A stretch of 64,000 nucleotides of DNA from Bacteroidaceae bacterium (GTDB taxonomy: Bacteria > Bacteroidota > Bacteroidia > Bacteroidales > Bacteroidaceae), in the NCBI GenBank assembly GCA_017525235.1, contig JAFXTC010000018.1, positions 1,947 through 65,946 of the forward strand. Direction: 5' to 3'. Below are positions 44,323 to 57,211 of the stretch, in pieces. Made by a program: the position numbers and the translations under genes. Under the pieces are notes generated by a model that had not been told where the DNA came from, searched no databases, and saw only the letters and a program-made list of their open reading frames with translations. Every line of letters begins with the position of its first letter. The first letter of the stretch is position 1.

Positions 44323-44754
44323 TTATTTGAAAGGAATCTTATCAACGCGTCTTTGATGACGCCCGCCTTCAAAGGGCGTAGTAAGGAATTCTTCCATAAT
44401 AGCATCTGCTTCAGCGTTATTAATGAAACGCCCAGGCATCACCAGCACATTAGCATCGTTATGCTGACGAATAAGATGTGCAATTTCTGGAATCCAACAC
44501 AGACCAGCCCTTACACCCTGATGCTTGTTAAGTGTCATGCTAATGCCCTCACCACTACCGCATACAGCTATGCCTGGGTATACAGAACCTGCTTCGATGG
44601 CATTGCCTAAGGCATGGCCGAAATCTGGGTAGTCACAACTTTCTTCATTATAGGTCCCGAAGTCTTCGAACTCCAGACCTTTGGTTGTCAGGTACTCCTT
44701 TACATGCTCTTTGAGGGCAAAACCTGCATGATCGCTGGCTAATCCTATTTTCAT
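44323..44754 (-). CDS. rpiB: Ribose-5-phosphate isomerase B
   Basis: MKIGLASDHAGF... start, so the Met at 44754 is preferred because the longer ORF overlaps tkt; CGSGEGIS motif. Confidence 0.85.
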   Translation of the reverse strand: MKIGLASDHAGFALKEHVKEYLTTKGLEFEDFGTYNEESCDYPDFGHALGNAIEAGSVYPGIAVCGSGEGISMTLNKHQGVRAGLCWIPEIAHLIRQHNDANVLVMPGRFINNAEADAIMEEFLTTPFEGGRHQRRVDKIPFK

Positions 44755-44764
44755 AAAGACTCTT

Positions 44765-46795
44765 TTATGCCTGAAGCATTTCTTTAACTTGGTTGTATAC
44801 GTTCTCTGCCGTGAATCCAAGTTCTTGGTCAAGAACCTTGTAGGGTGCAGAGAAGCCAAAACTCTCAAGACCCCATACACGGCTGCTTGGATGTGCACCA
44901 ACTAAGAAGCCTTGCAGGTTGACAGGCAAGCCTGCGGTAAGGCCAAATACTTTGCTTCCTGCTGGAATGAGTTTTTGCTGGTATTCCTGTGACTGCTCGC
45001 GGAAGAGGCCTTCGCTAGGTACGCTTACTATACGAACTTTTATTCCGTCCTGACGAAGCAGACGTGCACCGGCAACCAGTGTGCTGACTTCTGAGCCGTT
45101 ACCCACAAGGATTACGTCATATGATTCATCGCTTTCAGCAGTGATGTACGCTCCGAGTTGTTCATCGTAGCTCGTTCCCTCAGGCAAATCTTCTATGTTC
45201 TGGCGACTGAGAATGAGTGCTGATGGAGTTTTGGTATTCTCCATAGCCAGTTTCCAGCATATTGTTGTTGCTTTACTGTCGGCAGGACGCAGAACAAGCA
45301 TAGAGTTGCGACCACTATGGTTCTTCAGTTTCTCCATGAGACGGATTTGTGCTTCCTGTTCAACAGGTTCATGTGTAGGACCGTCTTCACCAACGCGGAA
45401 TGCATCGTGCGTCCAGATAAACTTGACAGGAAGTTCCATGAGTGCAGCCATGCGGACAGCAGGTTTCATGTAATCGCTGAATACAAAGAAGGTACCGCAT
45501 GCAGTAATCACACCACCATGCAAAGCCATACCTATGCAGCAGCATGCCATAGTAAGTTCGGCAACACCAGCCTGGAAGAATCCTCCTGCATAGTTATCTT
45601 TTGTAATTGAAGTTGCTCCACCCTTGAGGAAACCATCGGTCTTGTCGGAATTACTCAGGTCGGCTGAACCAACAATCATGTTGGGAACCTGCTTAGCCAA
45701 AGCAATCAAACATGCGCTTGAAGCATTACGTGTAGCATCGTTGGGCTTCTGCTGAATCTCGCTCCAGTTTACGGCAGGAGTTTTCTTGGCGAACCAGTCT
45801 TTCAACTGGGCAGCTTTCTCTATATTCTTTTCTGCCCAATTATTTTCTTCCTCATAGCGTTTGGCAACAATATTCTCGAGTTCCTTTTTACGGGTTTCGT
45901 ACATTGCCTGTACTTCAGGGTAGATTACGAATGGGTTGTCCGGGTCTCCTCCAAGGTTCTTTACGGTGTTGCGAAAAGCGTCCCCGCCAAGAGGTGCGCC
46001 ATGTGTGCTGCAATTGCACTCGTAGCTTGTGCCGTCTCCCTTGAGGGCTCCCTTGCCCATGATACATTTACCGATGATAAGTGTTGGCTTGCCTTTAACA
46101 GCTTTAGCTTTCTCGATAGCGGAACGAATCTGAGTAACATCGTTTCCGTTAATCTCAATAACTTCCCATTGCAGAGCACGATATTTGGCAGCTGTATCTT
46201 CGTTCATTACCACTTTGGTTTCTGTTGACAACTGAATGTCGTTAGAATCGTAGAACATGATGAGGTTGTCCAGTGCCAGATTACCTGCAATGCGGGCAGC
46301 ACCTTGGCTAATCTCCTCCTGAATGCCGCCATCGCTGATGTATGCATAGATGGTTTCTTTCTCGAATGTTGGGTTGCCAGTCTTTGCGGCAAGGAATTTT
46401 GCTGCAATGGCAGCGCCTACAGCATAGGCATGTCCCTGTCCCAAAGGACCGGAACTGTTCTCAATACCGCGTTGGTAGCATACCTCGGGATGACCGGGGG
46501 TGGGAGAGCCCCATTGTCTCAGTTGCTGTACTTCTTCCAAGGAATATTTGCCAATGAGTGCCAATTCGGCATACAGCATTGGAGCCATGTGGCCTGGGTC
46601 AAGGAAGAAACGGTCACGTCCAATCCATGTGGGATTCTTCGGATCGTACTGTAGGAATTCGCTGTAAAGCACGTTTATAAAGTCTGCTCCTCCCATTGCA
46701 CCGCCGGGATGGCCACTCTTTGCCTTTTCTACCATAGCTGCAGCCAGAACACGAATATTGTCGGCTGCTCGGTTCATTGTTTGAATGCTATTCAT
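44765..46795 (-). CDS. tkt: Transketolase
   Basis: TPP-binding GHPGG..G motif; GDG...EG; about 676 aa. Confidence 0.9.
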   Translation of the reverse strand: MNSIQTMNRAADNIRVLAAAMVEKAKSGHPGGAMGGADFINVLYSEFLQYDPKNPTWIGRDRFFLDPGHMAPMLYAELALIGKYSLEEVQQLRQWGSPTPGHPEVCYQRGIENSSGPLGQGHAYAVGAAIAAKFLAAKTGNPTFEKETIYAYISDGGIQEEISQGAARIAGNLALDNLIMFYDSNDIQLSTETKVVMNEDTAAKYRALQWEVIEINGNDVTQIRSAIEKAKAVKGKPTLIIGKCIMGKGALKGDGTSYECNCSTHGAPLGGDAFRNTVKNLGGDPDNPFVIYPEVQAMYETRKKELENIVAKRYEEENNWAEKNIEKAAQLKDWFAKKTPAVNWSEIQQKPNDATRNASSACLIALAKQVPNMIVGSADLSNSDKTDGFLKGGATSITKDNYAGGFFQAGVAELTMACCCIGMALHGGVITACGTFFVFSDYMKPAVRMAALMELPVKFIWTHDAFRVGEDGPTHEPVEQEAQIRLMEKLKNHSGRNSMLVLRPADSKATTICWKLAMENTKTPSALILSRQNIEDLPEGTSYDEQLGAYITAESDESYDVILVGNGSEVSTLVAGARLLRQDGIKVRIVSVPSEGLFREQSQEYQQKLIPAGSKVFGLTAGLPVNLQGFLVGAHPSSRVWGLESFGFSAPYKVLDQELGFTAENVYNQVKEMLQA

Positions 46796-46828
46796 ATTAT
46801 GTTTATCTAAAGTTATTTATTCTGATTG

Positions 46829-46836
46829 CAAAATTA
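46829..46836 (-). promoter_or_regulatory. -7 box TAATTTTG for tkt-rpiB
   Basis: TAnnTTTG match about 34 nt upstream of the tkt ATG. Confidence 0.4.
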
Positions 46837-46946
46837 TGAAATATCGGGCAGATATTCAACTTTCTGTAGCGCTTTATTACCTTATATTATAAAATATGTG
46901 TATAGAGTTGTGCTCAGATACTTTTGCCGTTTCAGGATTAGTCACA

Positions 46947-46977
46947 AGGAAAAGCCCCCAGGAGTATCCTGAGGGCT
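46947..46977 (-). terminator. Terminator after the SGLT gene
   Basis: Minus-strand AGCCCUCAGGA-UAC-UCCUGGGGGCU (11 bp, one mismatch) followed by UUUUCC. Confidence 0.5.
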
Positions 46978-46991
46978 GTATAAATGCTATT

Positions 46992-48686
46992 TTACCAGAA
47001 GTAAGCGTAGAATGCTATTGTGATGCCAAGTATGATGACTGTATGGATAACATCCCAATAGTTCCAACTGGCACGGGTGGCGGCAATCTGCTCGGGAGTA
47101 GACGTGCCAAATACCAGACCCTGGATTTTCTCCTTGCTGGGAGCCTCGGTGAAGAGTGATACCAGGATGACTACCAGACAGCAGACAATCAGCATCACAC
47201 CGCAGAAGAACAGCCAGTTGAAGTCGTAGAACACAGCCTTGAACCAGTTGTCGGCAGCATCAGTGACGTTGCTGTAATAGACCTTTGCACCTAAGCGTGT
47301 CAGACCGATGATGATACCGGATAGCAATCCCCACTGACCGCCCTTGGCAGTAGCACGCTTCCAGGTAATGCCAAGCAGGAAGGCAGCAGCAATGCCGGGA
47401 GCCAGTACAGACTGAACGTCTTGCAAATAATTGTATAGCACGTTACCTACGCTGCGCATGATGGGAATCCACAAGATGCCAAGAATTACGATAACTACTG
47501 TTGCAGTCTGTCCGATGCGAACCAGACTCTTCTCGGAAGTCTGAGGTCTCAGGCGCTTCCAGAAGTCAATGGTAAACAACATGGCAGAGCTGTTGAACAG
47601 TGAGGCCAATGATGACATGAGGGCTGCCAGAATACCGCAGACAACCAATCCCTTTACACCAGCAGGCAGAATCTTGGCCACGAGGGTGGGGAAGGCTGCA
47701 TCGGCATTCGGTGTTCCGTCTGGGAGCAAGGGAAGGAAAGCTGCACCAGCACCCATACTCTTCTGATGTAGTGCAAAGGCAATCATGCCAGGAATGAGGA
47801 ACAGGAATACGGGCAGCAATTTCAGGTAAGCACCAAAGATAGTACCACGACGACTCTCTCGTTCGTTCTTACCAGACAATACACGCTGTACGATATATTG
47901 GTCGGTACACCAGTACCAGAAACCAATGACGGCAGAACCTATCAGAGCACCCAGCCAGGGATACTGCGGGTCGCTGTTCGAGCGCATTAAGTGTATCATT
48001 GAGCCTGTAGCACCTTCGTAGCTAGGCTTTACGTCGCAGTATTGGAGCATCTGATCCCAACTTCCAAGGGCCTTCAGACCTAGAACAAGGATGATGAGCG
48101 AGCCGAGCAACAAGATGGGTGTCTGGAGTACAGAAGTGTAAAGCACAGACTTCATACCACCGAAAATAGTGTAAATGGCTGTGATGAGCACTAAGCCGAT
48201 AGCTGCTATCCAGAAGAAATCTATACCCCACAATTCATTGATGCCGAACACCTGCTGGAACACCAATCCGCCGGCATATACCGTTACTGCTACTTTTGTC
48301 AGCACATAAGAAATCAATGATATGACGCTGAGGATGGTGCGACTCTGCGTGTTGTAACGACGTTCCAGAAACTCTGGCATCGTGTAAACCATAGAACGAG
48401 TGTAAAATGGAACGAAAACCCAACCCAGAATCAGAATCATCCAACCCTGAATCTCCCAGTGAGCCATAGCCATACCTGATGAAGCACCGGCGCCAGCAAG
48501 GCCGATAAGGTGTTCAGAACCAATATTTGAAGCAAAGATTGATGCACCGATGGCAATCCATGTTGCATCTTTACCACCAAGGAAATAATCTGCCGAGTTG
48601 TCGTTTTTCTGAGAAACGACCCATAATACAATGCCGATTAGCGCACAGCAGAAGACGCCAATGACAATCCAATCTAATAATGCCAT
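46992..48686 (-). CDS. Sodium:solute symporter (SGLT-type sugar transporter)
   Basis: SSS family signature (DYFLGGK...; GASIFASNIGSEHLIGLAG); about 14 TM helices; galactose-locus context. Confidence 0.85.
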   Translation of the reverse strand: MALLDWIVIGVFCCALIGIVLWVVSQKNDNSADYFLGGKDATWIAIGASIFASNIGSEHLIGLAGAGASSGMAMAHWEIQGWMILILGWVFVPFYTRSMVYTMPEFLERRYNTQSRTILSVISLISYVLTKVAVTVYAGGLVFQQVFGINELWGIDFFWIAAIGLVLITAIYTIFGGMKSVLYTSVLQTPILLLGSLIILVLGLKALGSWDQMLQYCDVKPSYEGATGSMIHLMRSNSDPQYPWLGALIGSAVIGFWYWCTDQYIVQRVLSGKNERESRRGTIFGAYLKLLPVFLFLIPGMIAFALHQKSMGAGAAFLPLLPDGTPNADAAFPTLVAKILPAGVKGLVVCGILAALMSSLASLFNSSAMLFTIDFWKRLRPQTSEKSLVRIGQTATVVIVILGILWIPIMRSVGNVLYNYLQDVQSVLAPGIAAAFLLGITWKRATAKGGQWGLLSGIIIGLTRLGAKVYYSNVTDAADNWFKAVFYDFNWLFFCGVMLIVCCLVVILVSLFTEAPSKEKIQGLVFGTSTPEQIAATRASWNYWDVIHTVIILGITIAFYAYFW

Positions 48687-48760
48687 GTGTTATTAATTCA
48701 AGATTAAAGGAGCCCTGAACAGGTGCTCAGGGCTCCAAAAATGGTATAAATCGTCCGTTA

Positions 48761-49921
48761 TTAACAGAGCTTGCGGGCACCGTCGCCAATAACTACGTCG
48801 ATAACGATTGGCTTCTTGCCGTACTTAGCCTTGAACTTCTCCACAACAACCTTCTTGAAATTGGGTGCCAGTTCGTTTGCAACAAGGTTGATGGTGCATC
48901 CACCAAAGCCGCCGCCCATGATACGTGAACCGGTAACGCCTTCTTCCTTGGCAATCTCGTTCAGATAGTCAAGTTCTTCGCAGCTTACCTCATACTCCTG
49001 AGACAGACCATAGTGGGTGTCGTACATCATCTGACCAACCTTCTCGTAATCGTCAGCCTCGAGAGCCTTACATACGGCAAGTACTCGAACTACTTCTCCG
49101 ATGACGTAACGTGCACGCTTGTATTCTGCACCTGTAATCTCATCCTTTACTTCATCAAGCATTTCCATTGTAGCATCGCGCAGACTTTTAACTTCGGGGT
49201 GCTTCTTGCTGATGATCTCTGCTACATGCTCGCACTGCAGACGACGCTCGTTGTAGGGAGAACCCTTTAGTTCGTGCTTCACGCAGCTGTTAACAAGTAC
49301 AAGCTGATAGCCTTTCGGATGCCAGGGGAAGTACTCAATCTCACCGCTGCGGCAGTCCATACGCATCAGGTTGCCGGCTTTGCCAAGACAGCTGATAGCC
49401 TGATCCATGATACCGCAGTTTACACCGATGTACTTATGCTCTGTGCGCTGACCTACGCGAGCGAGCTCCATACGCTCAATCTTGTTATCGCCAAAGAGGT
49501 CGTTCAGACCGAAAGCGTACGTACTTTCAAGAGCTGCACTTGAACTCATACCTGCACCAAGAGGTACATCGCCAGCAAAGGCAGTATTGAAGCCTTCAAC
49601 GGGAACACCCAAAGCCATCATCTCGCGGCATACACCATAGATGTAACGAGCCCAAGTTGCGCTAGGACCCTTCTCGTCATCAATAGAGAACTGTACGCGA
49701 TCCTTGAGGTCGATACTGTAAGCATCTACCATACGAGTACCGTTGGGCTTAATTTCTGCAATCATACCCTGCTCAACAGCACCGGGGAATACATAACCGT
49801 TGTTATAGTCGGTGTGCTCACCAATAAGGTTGATACGACCGGGAGATGCATATACTGAACCTGTTGTTCCGTCGAAGTGCTTGATGAAGCGACTTCTTAC
49901 GTCGTCGATTGTCAATTTCAT
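48761..49921 (-). CDS. galK: Galactokinase
   Basis: GRINLIGEHTDYN signature and GHMP kinase motif PLGAGMSSSAA. Confidence 0.9.
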   Translation of the reverse strand: MKLTIDDVRSRFIKHFDGTTGSVYASPGRINLIGEHTDYNNGYVFPGAVEQGMIAEIKPNGTRMVDAYSIDLKDRVQFSIDDEKGPSATWARYIYGVCREMMALGVPVEGFNTAFAGDVPLGAGMSSSAALESTYAFGLNDLFGDNKIERMELARVGQRTEHKYIGVNCGIMDQAISCLGKAGNLMRMDCRSGEIEYFPWHPKGYQLVLVNSCVKHELKGSPYNERRLQCEHVAEIISKKHPEVKSLRDATMEMLDEVKDEITGAEYKRARYVIGEVVRVLAVCKALEADDYEKVGQMMYDTHYGLSQEYEVSCEELDYLNEIAKEEGVTGSRIMGGGFGGCTINLVANELAPNFKKVVVEKFKAKYGKKPIVIDVVIGDGARKLC

Positions 49922-49961
49922 AGTGTTATTGTGTTTATGAGTTTGTATGTTTATAAGTTAA

Positions 49962-51245
49962 TTAATCAACCTTGATATCCTTGTTAACGTTCTTACATCC
50001 AATAACAGCGAAGAACAGGATGTAGGCAACCATAGCAACCTGGAGCCAGTAAGAGGTGATTGTGTCTGTGTTCTTTGCAATGACGTCTTGCAGCCAAGGC
50101 ATCAAACCACCACCAACAACCATCATCATGAAGATACCAGAAGCAGCTTCGGTGTATTTACCCAGACCTTCAACAGAGAGGTTGAAGATACCGCCCCACA
50201 TGATGGAGGTGCAGAGACCGCAGGCAGCCAGACAGAACACCTTGACGGGAATTTGGTGACCCTTGAATTCTGTAGCGATACTCTCAGGCAGGAAGATGGC
50301 AGCCAAAAGAAGGCAGAGGGCAACGGTGGCAACAACGGTCATCTGTGCCTTTGTGCTAACTTTACCGCTGATGAATGTTGAACTGAAACGACCAATCAGC
50401 ATCATGAACCAGTAGCTGGCAGCTAATGTACCACCAATGGCAGCAGAGCCCTCGAAGCCCATATTTGTTACGTAGAAGTTCAGGTGCATAGGAATACCAA
50501 TCTCAATACCTACATAGAAGAAGATGGCGATTACGCCGAGTACGAGGTGACGGAAACGCAAAGCACCCTTCATAGAATCAGCCAGCGAACCGCTATCGCC
50601 GAAGTTAGGCTCGGGAATAGCAACGAAAAGGATAATGAAGAAAGAGATGGCGAATACTGCCATACCGATGAACAGCAAAGGTGCAACATCACTCATGCTG
50701 GTGTTAGCTGTAACAGTACCAACGAGGATACCAGCCAACATAGGAGTCAACGTGGCGGTCAGAGAGTTCAGCGTACCACCAATCTGAATCAGCTGGTTTC
50801 CTTTGTTGCCACCACCGCCCAGCATGTTCAGCATGGGGTTCACAACAGTGTTCAGCATACATACGCAGAAACCGCAAACTAATGCACCAAGCAGGTAGAT
50901 GTAGAGGTTTAGCGCAATGGGTTGACCATTCATCTCATTTACCAAAACATCATCACCGTAGCGGCTGGAAAGGTACTGCAGGGCCAAGCCGATAATACCA
51001 ACAACAAGTGCGGCAAGTGCAGTCTTCTTGTAACCAATTTTCTTCAGAAGCATACCAGAAGGAATACCCATGAACAGATAAGCTGTAAAGTTCATTAAGT
51101 TACCCCATGAAGCGGCAAAGTCATACTTAAAGCCCCAAATGTTGCCAAAGGGAGCTCCCATGTTGGTTACGAAACTAATCATCGCGAAGATGAAACACAT
51201 CGTGATAATAGCGATAACGTTGCTATTAGATTTTGTTTGTGTCAT
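49962..51245 (-). CDS. MFS sugar transporter (glucose/galactose GluP/FucP-like)
   Basis: 12 TM helices; FucP/GluP-like N-terminus. Confidence 0.8.
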   Translation of the reverse strand: MTQTKSNSNVIAIITMCFIFAMISFVTNMGAPFGNIWGFKYDFAASWGNLMNFTAYLFMGIPSGMLLKKIGYKKTALAALVVGIIGLALQYLSSRYGDDVLVNEMNGQPIALNLYIYLLGALVCGFCVCMLNTVVNPMLNMLGGGGNKGNQLIQIGGTLNSLTATLTPMLAGILVGTVTANTSMSDVAPLLFIGMAVFAISFFIILFVAIPEPNFGDSGSLADSMKGALRFRHLVLGVIAIFFYVGIEIGIPMHLNFYVTNMGFEGSAAIGGTLAASYWFMMLIGRFSSTFISGKVSTKAQMTVVATVALCLLLAAIFLPESIATEFKGHQIPVKVFCLAACGLCTSIMWGGIFNLSVEGLGKYTEAASGIFMMMVVGGGLMPWLQDVIAKNTDTITSYWLQVAMVAYILFFAVIGCKNVNKDIKVD

Positions 51246-51286
51246 AATTTTGTTTTAATTATAATTGTTAATGTTGTTTTTTCGTC

Positions 51287-52369
51287 TTATTCTTCTACAC
51301 TGAATTTGTAAACAGTCTTCTGCTTGTATACTTCTCCAGGCTTAAGTATGCAACTGGGGAAATATGCACGGTTGGGGCTGTCGGGGAAATGCTGTGCCTC
51401 AAAACAGAGGGCACTGTATTTGCCGTAGACTGTTCCGTGTGTACCTACAAGTCCACTGTGCCAGTTGCTACTATAGAACTGAACGCCAGGCTCTGTTGTC
51501 CACATCTCCAGGCAACGACCGCTCTTGGGCTCTACGCATTTAACTGCGTATGAAAGTTCGCCTGGTTCGCGCTTGTTCAGTACAAAACAATGGTCGTAGC
51601 CGGTTCCGTTCACAATCTGCTGGTTGCTAGTGTCACCAATGCGCTCACCAACAGTGTGAGGTGTGCGGAAGTCGAAAGGTGTACCTTCAACCTTCAGGAT
51701 TTCACCGGTTGGGATGCTTGTCTCGTCAATGGGAATAAAAAAGTCGGCGTTGATGGTAAGAATATTGTTCAACGCATCTGGGGTGGGGTTGGCAATGCCT
51801 GCCAAGGAGAAGAATCCGTGGCTTGTCATGTTTACAACGGTCTTTTTGTTTGTCATACCGCGATAGTCAATGATAAGCTCATCATCTTCACTAAGACTAT
51901 ATTTGACAGTCATGTTCAGTTCACCAGGGAACCCTTCCTCGTAATAAGCCGAAATATAGCGTAGAACCAACTCGCTATCATTTATCTGCTCTGCATCCCA
52001 AACACGTGCATGGAATCCTGTAGGACCTCCATGCAGATGGTTAGGCCCATTGTTGACTGCAAGGTTATAATCCTTACCGTTCATTACAAACTTACCTTTG
52101 CAGATACGGTTGCCATAACGGCCAATAAGCGTACTAAGGAATGGTTCTGGGCTTTCGATTACGCCTTTAATGCTGTCATGTCCTTGAATAATATTGGCCA
52201 TCTTGCCTTCCTTATCAGGAACCATGATGGCCACTATAGCACCACCGTAATTGGTTATGCTTACTTCTATTCCGTTGCTATTGGTCAGTGTATACAAATC
52301 TGTTTGCTTTCCCTGAACAACAGCCTGGAAGTTGTCTCTTTTTAATCCGGAAATTAGTTCTTTGTCCAT
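51287..52369 (-). CDS. galM: Aldose 1-epimerase (galactose mutarotase)
   Basis: GRYGNRI...NNGPNHLHGG...FCFEAQHFPDSPN motifs. Confidence 0.85.
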   Translation of the reverse strand: MDKELISGLKRDNFQAVVQGKQTDLYTLTNSNGIEVSITNYGGAIVAIMVPDKEGKMANIIQGHDSIKGVIESPEPFLSTLIGRYGNRICKGKFVMNGKDYNLAVNNGPNHLHGGPTGFHARVWDAEQINDSELVLRYISAYYEEGFPGELNMTVKYSLSEDDELIIDYRGMTNKKTVVNMTSHGFFSLAGIANPTPDALNNILTINADFFIPIDETSIPTGEILKVEGTPFDFRTPHTVGERIGDTSNQQIVNGTGYDHCFVLNKREPGELSYAVKCVEPKSGRCLEMWTTEPGVQFYSSNWHSGLVGTHGTVYGKYSALCFEAQHFPDSPNRAYFPSCILKPGEVYKQKTVYKFSVEE

Positions 52370-52402
52370 TGGTTATGAAAAGTTTTTTGTTAAATGTATT
52401 TG

Positions 52403-52410
52403 CAAACTTA
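52403..52410 (-). promoter_or_regulatory. -7 box TAAGTTTG for the gal locus
   Basis: TAnnTTTG match about 34 nt upstream of the galM ATG. Confidence 0.4.
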
Positions 52411-52475
52411 CAAATAATTTGGCAAAACCCCAAGCCTATGGACGAAAATTAATTCACATTAACAACGAAAAAACA

Positions 52476-53765
52476 TCAAAGTATGTTATTTAACATATCG
52501 GCAACAATAAAAGTACTGCCTCCAACGAAAATAATGTCGTTTTTTTCTGCGTTTTGCTTAGCTGCACTATATGCCAATCCAACACTTGCGTAACAACCAC
52601 CGTGAAGATTGTGTTTTGCTGCAATTTCGGAAAACTCTTTTGCAGGCATGGCCCTTTTAACGGATGCCTGTGTGAAATAGTAAATGGCATCCTTGGGCAG
52701 CATGGACAGGACGGTGTTGACATCCTTGTCGTTCACCATACCTATTATAATATGTAACCTCTCATGTGGCGTTTCCTGTAATTGCTTTGTTATGTACTGC
52801 ATGCCTCCCACATTATGACCAGTATCGCAAATAGTAAGGGGATTTGTGCTTATGGTTTGCCATCTTCCCATCAGCCCTGTAAGCTGACAAACATTAGCTA
52901 CGCCTTCTTTTACCGCTTCTGTTCCTATGCTATACCCAACCTTGTTAAGGACTTTAATGGCTGCCAGAATGGTTCTGATGTTTTTCTCCTGACAATAGCC
53001 GCTAAGCTGCCCGTGTAGTTTACCGTATGATTTTGTTTGGTAGGTATATCCGTTGATAGGCGACAGGCTAAAGTCGGTCAATTCGTCTTCTTCCTCGGCA
53101 AAGATAAGTTCTGTTTCAACAATTTCTGCTTGTTTCTCAAAGACTTCTCTAACCTCCTTGTCTCCTGCCTCACCAATAATGGCTGGAACGTTATACTTTA
53201 TTATTCCTGCTTTCTCATGGGCAATTTTGGGAAGTGTGTTGCCAAGAAACTGGATGTGGTCGAAACTAATATTTGTAATGATGGAAAGATCGGGCTGTAT
53301 AATGTTGGTGCAGTCAAGTCGTCCGCCTAACCCCACTTCAATTACAGCAACATCTACTTTCTCCTCCGCAAAATATTGAAATGCCAATGCTGTTGCCAAT
53401 TCAAAGAAAGATGGATGCAGGGGTTCGAAGAAGGAACGTTCCTGCTCTACAAAATCAATGACCCTTTGTTCTGGAATCATCTCTCCGTTAACACGAATCC
53501 TTTCGCGGAAGTCCACGAGGTGTGGGCTTGTATAAAGTCCAACTTTGTAGCCTTGCGACTGAAGGATTGCCGCCAATGTGTGGCTGGTACTTCCTTTTCC
53601 ATTTGTTCCACCCACATGGATTGTACGGAAATTATTATGAGGATGGTTAAAGTGCTCATCCAACAGGTGAGTATTGCTTAACCCTTCCTTATATGCACCC
53701 GCCCCGATATTCTGAAATAGCGGGGCGGCAGTGAACAGATATGTTGTTGCTTCTTGATATGTCAT
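52476..53765 (-). CDS. folC: Folylpolyglutamate synthase / dihydrofolate synthase
   Basis: Mur ligase P-loop [10 protein letters not shown]; FolC-like length; 4-nt overlap with dnaJ. Confidence 0.85.
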   Translation of the reverse strand: MTYQEATTYLFTAAPLFQNIGAGAYKEGLSNTHLLDEHFNHPHNNFRTIHVGGTNGKGSTSHTLAAILQSQGYKVGLYTSPHLVDFRERIRVNGEMIPEQRVIDFVEQERSFFEPLHPSFFELATALAFQYFAEEKVDVAVIEVGLGGRLDCTNIIQPDLSIITNISFDHIQFLGNTLPKIAHEKAGIIKYNVPAIIGEAGDKEVREVFEKQAEIVETELIFAEEEDELTDFSLSPINGYTYQTKSYGKLHGQLSGYCQEKNIRTILAAIKVLNKVGYSIGTEAVKEGVANVCQLTGLMGRWQTISTNPLTICDTGHNVGGMQYITKQLQETPHERLHIIIGMVNDKDVNTVLSMLPKDAIYYFTQASVKRAMPAKEFSEIAAKHNLHGGCYASVGLAYSAAKQNAEKNDIIFVGGSTFIVADMLNNIL

Positions 53766-54931
53766 TCAAATATTTTCTTGAATTTCTTGAAGAAACTGTC
53801 TTTCTCGTCGGCTTTCGGTTTCATATTCTCACTACCAGACATCTTCTCGAACATTTCACGTTCCTCTTTACTTAAACTGCGTGGAACATATACACCGATA
53901 TTTACAATCAAGTCTCCTGTGCCATAACCATAGCCAGATACAGCAGGCAGACCTTTTCCGCGTAGTCGCATAACCTTTCCAGGCTGTGTGCCTGGTTCGA
54001 TCTTTAACTTAACTTTACCATCGATGGTCGGTACTTCTGCAGAGCCGCCAAGAACGGCTGTTGGAACGTCGAGCAAAAGGTTGTACTCAAGATTTTGTCC
54101 GTTGCGAATCAGCTCCTTGTGTGGTTCAACCTCAATGAAGACTTGAATGTCACCGGGTATGCCGTTCTGCTTTCCTGCATGTCCCTTTCCACTTGCTGTA
54201 ACAACCATTCCGTCATCCACGCCGGCAGGGATAGCAACCTCTATAATCTCTTCTCCATTAACAACACCTTCTCCGCCACATTTTGGACATTTGTTCTTTA
54301 TGATGCTACCGGTTCCATTGCAAGAAGGACAAATGGTTTGAGTCTGCATGCGCCCGAACATGGAGTTAATGGTTTTGTAAACGCTTCCGGAACCTTTACA
54401 CTGAGAACAGGTTTCTTTCTTTCCGTCGGCACTTCCTGTACCGTTACAAGCAGAACAAGTAACATGCTTGCGTACTTTAAACTTCTTGGTAACACCAGTA
54501 GCCACTTCCTCAAGTGTCAGACGAACCTTCAGGCGAAGATCTGCACCTTTATATGTCTTATGTCCGGCACCTCCTCCACCAAATCCGCCAAATCCGCTAA
54601 ACCCTTCAAATCCGCCAAATCCGCCTCGGCCTCCGAAGATGTCTCCGAACATCGAGAATATGTCATCCATGTTCATGCTGGCACCTCCGAAACCACCTTG
54701 TCCGCCCATTCCGGCAAACCCGAACTGGTCGTATTGCTGGCGTTTCTGCGGATCGCGCAGCACATCGTATGCTTCGGCAGCCTCCTTGAACTTTTCTTCG
54801 GCCTCTTTATTACCCGGATTACGATCAGGGTGATATTTGATGGCCATCTTCTTATAAGCGGCTTTTATTTCAGCATCAGAGGCGTTTTTCGATACGCCAA
54901 GTACTTCGTAATAATCTCTTTTCTCTGCCAT
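53762..54931 (-). CDS. dnaJ: Molecular chaperone DnaJ
   Basis: J domain with HPD; G/F-rich region; four CxxCxGxG zinc motifs. Confidence 0.95.
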   Translation of the reverse strand: MAEKRDYYEVLGVSKNASDAEIKAAYKKMAIKYHPDRNPGNKEAEEKFKEAAEAYDVLRDPQKRQQYDQFGFAGMGGQGGFGGASMNMDDIFSMFGDIFGGRGGFGGFEGFSGFGGFGGGGAGHKTYKGADLRLKVRLTLEEVATGVTKKFKVRKHVTCSACNGTGSADGKKETCSQCKGSGSVYKTINSMFGRMQTQTICPSCNGTGSIIKNKCPKCGGEGVVNGEEIIEVAIPAGVDDGMVVTASGKGHAGKQNGIPGDIQVFIEVEPHKELIRNGQNLEYNLLLDVPTAVLGGSAEVPTIDGKVKLKIEPGTQPGKVMRLRGKGLPAVSGYGYGTGDLIVNIGVYVPRSLSKEEREMFEKMSGSENMKPKADEKDSFFKKFKKIFE

Positions 54932-54934
54932 AGC

Positions 54935-55513
54935 TTAGACTCCTACTACCACTTGGGCGTGGCGGATTACCTTTTCATTTAGTTTATAGCCTGTAAGTGT
55001 GCAGTCCATTACCTTGCCTTTAAGTTCCTCGACGGGAGCCGGCAATTGTGCAATGGCTTCATGTACATCTACATCAAAGTCAGCGTCTTTTGTTTCAATA
55101 ACGCTAACGCCTTGCTTGCCTAGGATGTCCATAAACTTCTTGTAGATAAGTTCAACGCCCTCAAGCACGGCAGCCACATTGTCGGCATTCTGCATGTTTT
55201 TAAGGGCTCGTTCCATATCGTCAATAACGGGAAGAACAGCCACAATGGTTTTCTCTCCGCCATTCAGAATCAGTTCAGTCTTTTCCTTGAGTGTGCGTTT
55301 GCGGTAATTGTCAAACTCGGCAATCTTACGTAGAAGTTTGTCATTCAGTTCTTCAATTTCCTTTTTTGCAGCATCCAACTGCTCCTCAACAGTAAGTTCC
55401 TTCTCTGTTTCCTGATCAACCTCTTTTTCTGTATCTGTTTCAGCTTGAGCATTTGCAGTTTCCTGAGGCTCCTGCTGCTCTTTTTGTTCTTCGTTCTTCA
55501 ATTCTTCGCTCAT
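54935..55513 (-). CDS. grpE: Nucleotide exchange factor GrpE
   Basis: Acidic N-terminus, coiled coil, AEFDNYRKR motif, C-terminal beta domain. Confidence 0.9.
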   Translation of the reverse strand: MSEELKNEEQKEQQEPQETANAQAETDTEKEVDQETEKELTVEEQLDAAKKEIEELNDKLLRKIAEFDNYRKRTLKEKTELILNGGEKTIVAVLPVIDDMERALKNMQNADNVAAVLEGVELIYKKFMDILGKQGVSVIETKDADFDVDVHEAIAQLPAPVEELKGKVMDCTLTGYKLNEKVIRHAQVVVGV

Positions 55514-55576
55514 TGTGTTTATATGTTTGTTCTGACAAAAGTTTTACAAAAAGTGTGCCAATCGTTCCTTTGTCAG

Positions 55577-57211
<1,635 letters not shown>

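Noticed and set aside
44755-44901. N-terminal extension of rpiB (192-aa version)
   Set aside because: The extension overlaps the 3' end of tkt in another frame. The conserved RpiB N-terminus MKIGLASDHAG starts at the internal Met (44754).
54095-54982. 295-aa plus-strand ORF (and others) antisense to dnaJ
   Set aside because: It is a shadow ORF opposite a well-supported dnaJ; its low-complexity Ser/Pro/Ala runs mirror the Gly/Phe-rich region. The same reasoning applies to the long antisense ORFs opposite guaA (40619-41353), the DAHP synthase gene (14366-14932), the acyltransferase (9606-10079), galM, tkt and the T9SS protein gene.
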